Origin: Phyllobates terribilis
Taxonomy: Eukaryota
Reading direction: 5' to 3'
Assembly: GCF_046119375.1 (NCBI RefSeq)
Contig: NW_027362761.1
Span: forward strand, 349,556,001-349,620,000
DNA length: 64,000 bases
The notes under the pieces were generated by a model. It saw only the letters and a list, made by a program, of their open reading frames with translations, did no database searches and was not told the DNA's origin. This document shows, one piece after another, positions 50,033 to 61,090 of the stretch (within the stretch, counting starts at the first letter, position 1; each line of letters starts with the position of its first letter). Both the position numbers and the translations under genes were made by a program.

Positions 50033-50282
50033 TGGTAAAATTATGTGGGGTTTTTTATATTCTGACACAGATGGGTGCATGTCCTCCTATAGGGTGACTT
50101 GAGCACTGGGTTTTAGGCAAGACAGCTCAGGGGCAAGGGTGATGTAAGTATTATTTTTCAATGTGATGCTTATGATTCCGGTTTAAAACCTACTTTTTTG
50201 TCAAGAAGGAAAAGCAGATCAAGTAAGGATTCACCTTATTTTATATATTTAGAATTCAGCTCCATAATCAGAGATTGCTCGC

Positions 50283-50397
50283 CTGTACCCAATGCAAAAA
50301 TTAAGCTGCCATGAAATGAAATGCTCTGTCTGTCGCTGACAGAAATCTGAAGAGGCAGTGTTTCTAGAAACTGCCACAAATCTACGAAAACAGATTT
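50283..50397 (-). pseudogene. Exon-like segment ending LIFALGT
   Basis: TTACTTGGTTTGTCTAG| acceptor and CAG|GCGAG GC donor, 115 nt. Open frame KSVFVDLWQFLETLPL..LIFALGT. Confidence 0.35.
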
Positions 50398-51050
50398 CTA
50401 GACAAACCAAGTAAATAAGTGTTTTTGGTTTAGAAATATATTTTACTTGCATGAATTCGCCAACAAAAGATATTACTTTATAAAGAATTCATACCAGTGT
50501 CACCTACTCCTGTATATTCTGCATGTTCTACTCACTCGTTCTTAATTTTATGCATCGCATACACATTGGGACAGATTTATCAATACTGTCACTGTGGAGG
50601 TTTGATACTGTATAAAGCTGTCATTAAAGTGATGCCTGTGACACATTATTTAAAGTAGATTTAACATCAGAATATTACATATTTTTTAAATGAGGATTTT
50701 ATATAAAAGATTTTACAATTTTTTTTAATTAGAGTACATAACTGTCTATATTAAGGAAACTATTAAAATATTCCAGAAATATACCAATTCTGAAATATTC
50801 CAGTATTCCCATACTGACCATTAAAGCACACACACAATTGGCTGGTATTTCTTCTCATCTGCAACACATTTGTCAATTTTTTTGTATAGCCTGGGACAGA
50901 ATTAGAAGAGTCATCTCAATAGCATTAGAGGGCATAAGGTAGGATAGTAACATTATTACCCACTATGTACACAGACATGGGAGAGAAGGTTGTGCTCTAA
51001 ACTTTCTTTAATAGTTTACGCCATTTCTCTTTCAATTGACTATTATATGA

Positions 51051-51740
51051 CGAGGGTCAGTCAATAAGTAATGCCTCCTATTTTTTTTCTCCTTTTAATT
51101 GGCAAGAAATTCAAATGCAATTACATAGGTTGAAAACCACAACATTAACGATTAATTTGTCACTTTTCAATATAATCTCCATCCATTTCCACAGTCTTGG
51201 TCCACTGTTTAACAAGGGCATGTATTCCAGCATGGTAAAAAGCATTCTTGGGACCCACCATGCCTTTACTGAGGCAGATAATGCCACAATTCATCTGCAG
51301 TCACCCGGAGGTCACCACGAATGATGTCATCAACTCGCTGAATGTTGCTTGGAGTCACTGCGGTTACTGGCCTGCCACTCCGCATTTTGTCAGCCAACGG
51401 TAATGGCCCTTCAGCTGTGTTACAGCGACGAACCCATCGTCTAACAGTACTGACATCCACTGTTGCATCACCGTACACATTTTTCAGTCTCTCATGAATT
51501 CGAATGGGCGTTTCACCTTCTGCATGCAAGAATTCAATCACAGAACGTTGTCTAATACGAACATCGATGTCAGCCATTTAGCAAACGGATACAGTCCTGC
51601 CACCTGTTGGTGCAGGAAGTTGCAATTGCTGTGGATTGGAGAAGAAGGTTTGAGGAATTGTGCCAAATTCGAATATTTAACATAACTACCTTATTTAAGG
51701 AGAAAAAAAATAGGAGGCACTACTTATTGACTGACCCTCG
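51051..51740 (-). mobile_element. Internally deleted mariner element
   Basis: CGAGGGTCAGTCAATAAGTA TIRs. N-terminal HTH (IHERLKNVYG..STVRRW..RSGRP) joined to the C-terminal FYHAGIHALVKQWTKTVEMDGDYIEK*. Confidence 0.9.
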
Positions 51741-51864
51741 TAGTTTTCTGAAAGTAACTGCACATAAATGCTCTTGCACTGTGACTAAAGAGCCAATATA
51801 AAAAAAAAGCCAGGGATGTACCGTTAATAGTGGCAGACCACTATAACGCCCATGAGTTGGCCAG

Positions 51865-52490
51865 TGTCACGAGTATGTCAGGATTGACAGACAGTCATAC
51901 GGTGTCCGGCTGTAGAAGGTCGCTGTGTTTGGCGTTACAAACATCTCCTTGATCCTTTTATTATTCCTCTCTCTTTAGGACCCAGTGGTGATCCCCACCT
52001 TGCTTGGGGATTATACCTTTCACTTTAGGACCCTGAGTTATCCTCTCCTTTCTGCTGTTAATCAGCACTTCCTTACTGTGTCCTTAAATACACTCAGATT
52101 GCACAGAGAGTTGCCGGTGATAGCGTGTTATACCTATTCAAGCCTGAAATTCTAGTAGTTGACTAGAATTACCTTGGAGTTTCTTCGTGGATTGTTGCCG
52201 TGCTTTCTCCGGTGTCATCTTGGAGCTAAGTGTATTTCCCTGTGTGTACTTTAGTTTGTAGTGGGGCTGGCTTAATGCTCACCCCTCCCTACCTAGGGCC
52301 TAGCCTTAGGGTCAGCTGGGGACAGGTTTTCTGCTCAGAGATAAGTGCAGAACCTATTTAAGGTCTATAGGGGAGCCAGGGTTTTTTGTTAGATCTGTTT
52401 AGGGGTCTTCACTCTCCCTTTCCTTAGTTATAGGGCTCCCTCCCCATTTCCCGTCATATACGCTGGGTTTTTCCCATACCTAGCATGACA
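51865..52490 (+). mobile_element. Solo LTR
   Basis: TGTCACG...CATGACA with exact 5-bp TSD GCCAG. Confidence 0.8.
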
Positions 52491-52789
52491 GCCAGGGGTC
52501 ATGGTCGAACGGCATTGCCTCCTCCACCAGCTTGGCATCACAAATTCAACTGTATCTGCTTCTTCTGGTTGAATATACAGTTGAAAACAATAGTGGAAGA
52601 GGGAGCTGTGAACTCTCTACTCCACCATTCAGTTTGTGAATCTTGGTCTTCGAGCAACAAGATTGATGACATCACTATATCTCACCTATGAACCTCAGTC
52701 CACACACAGCACAGACTAGAGCAAGGAATTAGGGGCACAAAACTAGGTGAGTAGCTTTATTTTTAATTTTGTCAGTCAATACTTATAGA

Positions 52790-53235
52790 GAGCATTATGG
52801 GGCCTCATAATGTGGGCAGTAATTGTGGAGACATCATAATATACGGGGGAAAACTGCTGAGGCATTATACTTTGATGGGGACAGTGTAGGGTCATCACAT
52901 TGCGGGGGGCATCACACAGTATGGGGGTCACTGTGGATGCCTCATAATGTGTGTTCTAATTGTGGGGGCCACTGTGGGAACATCATACTGTGGTGGGTTA
53001 GTGTGGAGGCCCATTGTGGACCTAATAATGTATGTGAGGGAACTGTAAGAGTATCATACTGTGATGGGGGAACTGTAGGGGCATCATGCTTTGCTGGTGT
53101 CATTGTGAGGACATCACACTGTGCTTGTGAATGGTATTGCCAGGGGGGGAATTGTGTGGGGGAATTCACTATGTAGGATATCATACTGAGTGTGGGGGGA
53201 CATTTTTGGGGGCATCAAACTGTGTGGGGCCATTA
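52790..53235. repeat. Degenerate minisatellite
   Basis: Recurrent GGGGCATCATACTGTG-like units. Confidence 0.6.
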
Positions 53236-55507
53236 AAAGGAATATAGTAACGGGTGAAAATACTAGGAGACTTAAGAAGGGGTATTATTTCTGTGTATGT
53301 CCCACACTATGTATCCCTCTCCTTGTCTTTAAAAGTTGGGATGTATAGCCTTTCGTGACTGTGCCAATGTGCAGTGTCCTGCCTACTCCGCCAATTTTTA
53401 TTTTTGTTGGGGGGGACAATTTAGACTTTTGCTATGTTGCCCTATGATTCCTATGTTCACCCAAGTATTATATAGAGGAAACTATGGCAAGTTCATTTTA
53501 AAGGGGCTCCCATCTCAAGGATCGTTGGCATTTTCCAAGAATATACCACCAACGTCAGATCAACAGGGATTATAGAGTTGACTTCAATGATCCCTGCTGA
53601 TAGCAAGTACCATTGACAATAAGAGCTAACTATACTGCTTTGTCTCCTTTCAAAGGCCCATAGTCTTGGGCTATAGATTGCTTAGTGGGTAACCTGACAG
53701 TCGAACTTTTGCCTTATTTCACAAGCATTCGACACACTCTTTAAAGTATCCATGGAGGTTTAAATTACTGAATGGGAAGAGCTGCCAGAAAGAGAATTTG
53801 GGGGAAGAGGGGAGACTGTAAAAACAGTGCCTGACATCACGCAGAATTTTGAGAAAGGAGGGCACTTATAGATTCTACAGAGTAACATGTAAATATTTAC
53901 ACAATTACCTTTAGGAGGTCTGTCCTATTTAAAGGTCAAAGTAGGAAAAAATTTAGTAAAAGATCTAGTTTTCTACCTGATAGAATTTGCAATTGTCTAC
54001 TGCGGTTAGTAGAAGCTCTTGGAGTTCTGGTATTAAATTGCTGCCTCTATTATAGTGATTGAAAGATTAAAAACAAAAGGGGACAATTTAGTGTGTAATT
54101 ACAGACTTGTCGTGTCATGTTTAGCTCATCACGGCTTCCCTAATTTTCCTCAACCCACATAAATGTGGCAAAACGTCAAAAACAATTGAAAATTCTGCAC
54201 ATGAACCAGAAAAGCTTAAGAGAGTTGTTGAAAAGGAAATGACATAATACGAGGAAACTATAAGCTCTGACAATTATTATTCTAATTAGGAATCAGAACT
54301 AGGAAGATTTTTCCCGTTTGATAGTTAACCCTTGAGGTACAGTAATTCAATTCATGAACACCATCCCCAGCGACAATTTATTAACCTTCATCATGTAAGA
54401 GATTAATTTTAAGGTAATGCTCCAATTGAAATCATGCATACAGCGATACATTGTGGGAAGACTTGCATTGTGTTGTTTGACAGTATCTTTAGCAGGACAA
54501 ATTATAGACAATCTGACAAGGGTAGACATGCAGTGCTCTTGACTCTGAATGTTGCCCCACACTGTTACAGCTTCTCGTCCAAAGATATAATCTTCAAATG
54601 TTTTTTTGCACAAAGAAGAGCATCTGCTCATACAAGCAAAGCCAGCAAAAAGGTATAATAAAATGATATGCACAGATGAATCTAGATTTATATCACGTTT
54701 CTGATGATGTTAAATACACTAGCAATGATACAAAATGAACAGTAACATTGGATTTGGCTATCTTAATTAGTAAGATTGATGGGGCTGTCGTTCCTCCATT
54801 GATGAGATTATAATGGAGGCTACTAATGCTGGTACCTCCTGGTGATCCACTGTTATTGCTGGAGAAAGCATTCACTTACTTTACACTTACAATGAAATTA
54901 AAGAATTAATGGGCATCCTTTGCTGTTCTGGATATGTCAAGGAAAGTCATACTCTTTGAAGCTGCCTTTCTTTCTAGTTAATAGCTGGGCAGAAAGCAGC
55001 CAGGAGACCATCTCTATTAACACCATATGCCACCATTAGTAGGTGGCCAGCGTAGCTTGATGCATAGTGGAAAACTCAATTAAAGTCAGATTAAACTGCA
55101 AAACAGCAGAAGATTATATAATTTCTGCAGCCAGATGAGTAAAAGAAGGCTTTGGTGATACCACAATACTTTTCTGAGGATTTATGTTGGACTGCAGGTA
55201 AACCATCTTAATTAAAGGAAAACCTGTGAGACTCCCATCAAACTCCTTCACTAAATGACTCTAGAATTGTTGAGATTGTTAAAAGGTGTTGAATGAATGT
55301 AAAATTTAAGTGGAGACCTAACAGGTCCTTGTGTCAGAGATGATTGCGTTGCTCTTGTGGAGTGTAAACTTCTGTGCTAAAGATAGAACTGCTGGTAGTA
55401 CTGATCACTGAAAAACCACCAGGCATGGGTCCATAATGGTTGATATACGGCCCAGAAACTCAGGTTCTCACCTAAGTTTGTGGGTAAAAAGAACATGACG
55501 ATCCTGC

Positions 55508-57508
55508 CATGGTTAAAGTGGTTTCTGATCTGCACACAGGATGTAATAGAGCAGGAGCAGCTGATCAGATTAAAGGGAACCTGTCACCATGAAAATGCAG
55601 TCCAATCTGCAGGCAGCAAGCAAGGAGAGCTGAGCAGATTGATACATAGTTTTGTGAGAAAACAATCGGTATAACACGTTTTTGAGCATTTAAACCACTG
55701 TTCTGTCTGAGTTTTTCACTTCAGTGGGCGGTCCTACCAGCAATAGACAAAAGCCCCTCTGCTCTTAGATCAGAGAGCCCGTGACATCATTGCAGAGTCC
55801 CAATCGTTACCATGGTGACCCGATGTCCTGCACCGCTATGCCTTATAGCAGCAATCAGACTACTGAAAGTGAAAGGAAGTAAAAAAGTGAAAAAAAAGTT
55901 GTAAAAATATTTTGTAAAAAAATCTCAAAATAATAAAAAGATAAAAAACAAAAAAATTATATATACAGTGGGGGAAATAAGTATTTGTATTTATTATTTT
56001 GTGATTTTTAAAAAATATATATTTTTACAACTTTTTTCACTTTTTTTTTACTTAGTCCCACTATGGGACTTTCACTTTCTGTAGTCTGATTGCTGCTATA
56101 AGGCATAGCAGTGCAGGACATCGGGTCACCATGGTAACGATCGGGACCCTGCAATGACATCGTGGGCTCTCTGATCTAAGAGCAGAGGGGCTTTTGTCAA
56201 TCACTGATAGGACCGCTCACTGAAGCGAAAATCTCAGACAGAGCAGAGGTTTAAATGCTCAAAAACATGTTATACTGATTGTTTTCTCACAAAACTAAGT
56301 ATTAATGTGCTCAGCTCCCCTTGCTTGCTGCCTGTGTGGCACCCCAGGGGTCTGGTTTCCACAGTAACGGCAATGTTATGTCTGAGAGCAGGTGGGAGGT
56401 CTCTTGGTCAGGAATCCTATGCATGCTACACCTCCTGCCCAGTCCTGGGAGGGGAATAACTTCCCCTATATAAACCTGGGGCTGAGGCAGGGTTAGAGAG
56501 TTCAGAGGGAGAGTTCAGCCAGGAGGGCTGACAGGGAGCTGTGGCTCCGGCTGGGCCCAGCTCCTGGGCCATGCCAGAAGTAGAGACAGAGAAGAGAAGC
56601 AGCTATGGGAAGAAACAACAGGAGCTCTGTGGGAGCAGTGTTACAAGGAGTCAGGGGCTGGCAGCTGCAGAGCTCGCCCTGACTGAGAAGATTTCTTACC
56701 GGACCCGGAGTCCGAGGCTGTGGGGACTAACTCCTACCCAGCAGCAGAATCCGTCAGGCAGGGGATTTCAGGTCCTCTGGCCAAGAAACCCGAAGGCACG
56801 GTCACACGCATGGGACCAGCACCGCCGTCGTGGAGCGGAAGCTACTAGAAGGCCCCGAGTCACCGGCCATACGGGTGAGCACCACAAGGATAGACTCAGG
56901 GACGTGGGCTACTTATACCCGCCTCTAGCAAGGTAGCCAGAAGAGTACAGTTAGTTTGGGAGGCCTACAACTCCGCCTGGCCAGGGGAGATCCCATCTGC
57001 TCAAGGACTGACCAGGCCCCAATCGCTAGCCAGTACTCCGGGAGGGTCTATCGTTGTCACCAGTAAAGACCCTGAACTACACCGTACCGTCTCTGAGTGG
57101 TTCCTGCTACCCCCATCATCCACGTCGGCTGCCCTGAGGCCATACCCCTCCCGTTGGGGGTTATACTATCACGCTGCACAATCCTACCACCGGCCTCAGT
57201 GGTCTGCCCTGCAGCAGCAGCTCCTTAGCTGTACTCAACGGGTGGCGTAGTCGTCCAACATCTACCGCTAATACAGCGCCACTTAGTCTGACTCCCTGGG
57301 CACGGACCGGGTCACCGCCACGAGACTACAACCCTCAACAGATCCGGCTCCGGGTAAGCTCCCGCGTGCGCAACGCTGCGCGACACAGGCCCAGGGGTGC
57401 GTCACCTGCAGATTGGACTGCATTTTCATGGTTACAGGTTCCCTTTAATCTAATCAGCTGCTCTTGCTCTTATTACATCCTGCGTGCAGATCAGAAACCA
57501 TTTTAACC
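55508..57508. repeat. ~450-bp composite inverted duplication centred on a Tc1 terminus
   Basis: 55508-55950 is mirrored by 55990-56334 plus 57405-57508 once the solo LTR is removed. The arms differ at roughly one site in ten. Confidence 0.8.
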
Positions 57509-58721
57509 ATCCCTCTGGCAAATAACACTTAATACTTGATGGCAAAACCCTTGTTGGCAAGCACAGCAGTCAGAGGATTTTTGTAGTTGATGATGAGGTT
57601 TGTGAACATGTCAGGAGGAATTTTGGTCCACTCCTCTTTGCAGATCATCTCTAAATCATTCAGATTTTGAGGATGTCGCTTGGCAACTCGGAGCTTCAAC
57701 TCCCTCCATAAGTTTTCTATGGAATTAAGGTCTGGAGACTGACTAGGCCACTATATGACCTTACTGGGCTTCTTTTTGAGCCACTCCTTTGTTGCCTTGG
57801 CTGTATGTTTTGGGTCATTGTCTTGCTGGAAGGCCTAGCCTTGACCCATCTTCAATGCTCTTACTGGGGGAAGGCGGTTGTTGGCCAAAATCTCACGATA
57901 CGTGACCCCATCCATCTTCCCTTCAGTATGGTGCAGTCGTCATGTACCATTTGCAGAAAAGCACCAACAAAGTATAATGTTTCCCCCACCATGCTTCACA
58001 GTTGGGACAATGTTCTTAGGGTTGTACTCTTCCTTCTTCTTCCTCCAAACACGGAGAGTTGAGTTAATGCCAAAGAGCTCAATTTTGTCTCATCTGACCA
58101 CAGCACCTTCTCCCAATAACTCACAGAATTATCCAGGCGTTCATTGGCAAACTTAGACAGGCCTGCACATGTGCCTTGTTGAGCAGGGGGCACTGCAGGA
58201 TTTTAAACCTTTAAGGTGTAATGTGTTACCAATGGTTTTCTTGGTGACTGTGGTCCCAGCTGCCTTGAGATCATTAACAAGTTCCCCCCGTGTAGTTTTA
58301 GGCTAATCTCTCACCTTCCTCATGATCAAGGATACCCCACGAGGTGAGATTTTGCATGGTGCCCCAGATCGATGTCGATTGACAGTCATTTTGTATTTCT
58401 TCCATTTTCTTACTATTGCACCAACAGTTGTCTCCTTCTCACCCAGCGTCTTACTTATGGTTTTGTAGCCCATTCCAGCTTTGTGCAGGTCTATGATCTT
58501 GTCCCTGACATCCTTAGAAAGCTCTTTGGTCTTGCCCATGTTGTAGAGGTTAGAGTCTGACTGATTAATTGAGTCTGTGGACAGGAGTCTTTTATACAGG
58601 TGACTATGTAAGGCAGCTGTCTTTAATGCAGGTAACGAGTTGATTAGGAGCGTCTAACTGATCTGTAGGTGCCAGAACTCATAACGGTTTTTAGGGGATA
58701 AAATACTAATTTCCCCCACTG
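55966..58721 (-). mobile_element. Decayed Tc1 element, split by the inverted duplication and a solo LTR
   Basis: TA|CAGTGGGGGAAATAAGTATTTG and ATTTCCCCCACTG|TA ends. Transposase remnant [14 protein letters not shown].. from 58539 to a stop at 57529, with stops and frameshifts. Confidence 0.85.
56335..57404 (+). mobile_element. Solo LTR of the same Gypsy family as 17884-25737
   Basis: Colinear with the reverse complement of the 972-bp LTR plus ~100 bp extra U3. Exact TSD CCTG. Confidence 0.93.
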
Positions 58722-58737
58722 TATGTATATGTATACT

Positions 58738-59406
58738 CCATAGTCCAATCTGTGATGATTTATTGACCCATAATGTCAGGGCAACGTTCGGTCCAACATT
58801 GGAGACCTTTTTCAAGCAGTGAGTCATTACAACATAGTCATATAAATAGGTGATTCCATCAATTTCATAATTAATACATAATTCAATATTTATAGGATTA
58901 CAAAAGTAACAATAGTGCTAAAAGTGCACAGTGCAATATATAATGTCAACATGCAATTAATGTTCACAGAACTGTCCACCATATTTTAAACAATTATTGA
59001 AATATCAAAATTTCTCCTTTAATTGACACATATGTGCATAATACCTAATAATTGTGCGAATGTTTCTATGACTCAAACCACCATTGTTTACATGAAGACA
59101 TGTGGCAGCACATAAACGTGCTACTCCCGGCGTCCCGGAATTTACACAACACATATAAGCAGTGAAGATAGAAAAACACATATTACTCGCGTTCGCGCAT
59201 GTGCAACGTCATGTTGTAGTCCAAAAGGATCCTCATCTACTCTATAATTTCTTACTCGCGCATGCGCCAAGCGAATCAAGGGATAAAGCGCCATTTTACT
59301 AAAGGGCTTCTTCTCTATCTAGATATATAGGTACATATTAACAATTCATTGTGCATATGCAGACCTAAAATATGGGTCAATAAATCACCACAGATTGGAT
59401 TATGGA
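58738..59406. mobile_element. Possible Penelope-like remnant bounded by inverted repeats
   Basis: CCATAGTCCAATCTGTGATGATTTATTGACCCATA is mirrored at ~59372-59406. The minus strand has CTTGAAAAAGG..CCGAACGTTG. Confidence 0.45.
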
Positions 59407-59445
59407 GTGCTGCCTTTCTCTTTTATGGATATATATATATATATA

Positions 59446-61037
59446 CACTGCTCAAAAAATATAAAGGGAACACTTAAACAACAGAATATAACTCCAAGTA
59501 GATCAAACTTCTGTGAAATCAAACTGTCCACTTAGGAAGCAACACTGATTGACAATCAATTTCACATGCTGTTGTGCAAACGGAATAGACAATAGAAGGA
59601 AATTATTGGCAATTATCAAGACACACTCAATAAAAGAGTGGTTCTGCAAGTGGGGACCATAGACCACATCTCAGTACCAATGCTTTCTGGCTGATATTTT
59701 GGTCACTTTTGAATGTTGGTTGTGCTTTCACACTCGTGGTAGCATGAGACAGACTCTATAACCCACAGAAGTTGCTCAGGTAGTGCAGCTCATCCAGGAT
59801 GGCACATCAATGCGAGCTGTGGCAAAAAGGTTTGCTCTGTCTGTCAGTGTAGTGTCCAGAGGCTGGAGGTGCTACCAGGAGACAGGCCAGTACACCAGGA
59901 GACGTGGAGGGGGCCTTAGGAGGGCAACAAACCAGCAGCAGAACCGCTACCTCCACCTTTGTGCAAGGAGGAACAGGAGGAGCATTGCCAGAGCCCTGCA
60001 AAATGACCTCCAGCAGGCCACAAATGTGCATGTGTCTGCACAAATGGTTAGAAACCGACTCCATGAGGGTGGTATGAGGGTCCGACGTCCACAGATGGGG
60101 GTTGTGCTCACAGCCCAACACCGTGCAGGACGCTTGGCATTTGCCACAGAACACCAGGTTTGGAAAGTCGCCACTGGCGCCCTGTGCTCTTCACAGATGA
60201 AAGCAGGTTCACACTGAGCACATGTGACAGACGTGACAGAGTCTGGAGACGCCGTGGAGAGCGATCTGCTGCCTGTAACATCCTTTAGCATGACCAGTTT
60301 GGCAGTGGGTCAGTAATGGTGTGGGGTGCCATTTCTTTGGAGGGCTGCACAGCCCTCCATGTGCTCGCCAGAGGTAGCCTGACTGCCATTAGGTACCGAG
60401 ATGAGATCCTCAGACCCCTTGCGAGACCATATGCTGGTGCGGTTGGCCCTGGGTTCCTCCTAATGCAGGACAATGCCAGACTTCATGTGGCTGGAGTGTG
60501 TCAGCAGTTCCTGCAAGATGAAGACATTTAAGCTATGGACTGGCCCGTCTGTTCCCCAGACCTGAATCCGATTGAGCACATCTGGGACATCATGACTCGC
60601 TCCATCCACCAACGTCACGTTGCACCACAGACTGTCCAGGAGTTGGCGGATGCTTTAGTCCAGGTCTGGGAGGAGATCCCAAAGAAGACCATCTGCAACC
60701 TCATCAGGAGCATGCCCAGGCGTTGTAGGGAGGTCATACAGGCATCTGGAGGCCACACACAATACTGAGCTTCATTTTGGATTTTTTTAAGGACATTACA
60801 TCAAAGTTGGATCAGCCTGTAGTGTGTTTTTCCACTTTAATTTTGGGGGTGACTCCAAATCCAGGCCTCTATTGGTTAATAAATTTGATTTCCATTGATG
60901 ATTTTTGTGTGATTTTGTTGTCAGCACATTCAACTTTGTACAGAACAAAGTATTCAATGAGAATATTCAATGAATATTTCATTCATTCAGATATAGGATG
61001 TGTTATTTGAGTGTTCCCTTTATTTTTTTGATCAGTG
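59446..61037 (+). mobile_element. Full-length decayed Tc1 (DD34E)
   Basis: TA|CACTGCTCAAAAAA..TTTTTTTGATCAGTG|TA. Transposase ~59744-60768 with frameshifts and stops. QDNA..DWPVCSPDLNPIE gives 34 residues between D and E. Confidence 0.92.
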
Positions 61038-61043
61038 TATATA

Positions 61044-61084
<41 letters not shown>

Positions 61085-61090
<6 letters not shown>

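Noticed and set aside
15699-50397. Splicing the exon-like segments in their open frames into one intact novel protein
   Set aside because: Phases fit only partly, the 31.5-kb donor is weak, and the 50.0-kb segment has an in-frame stop. Semaphorin-like motifs appear in other frames, so a pseudogene is favoured but not proven.
54347-54875. Minus-strand ORFs superficially like an odorant receptor
   Set aside because: No MAYDRY, PMYFFL or other GPCR motifs, and no 7TM length.
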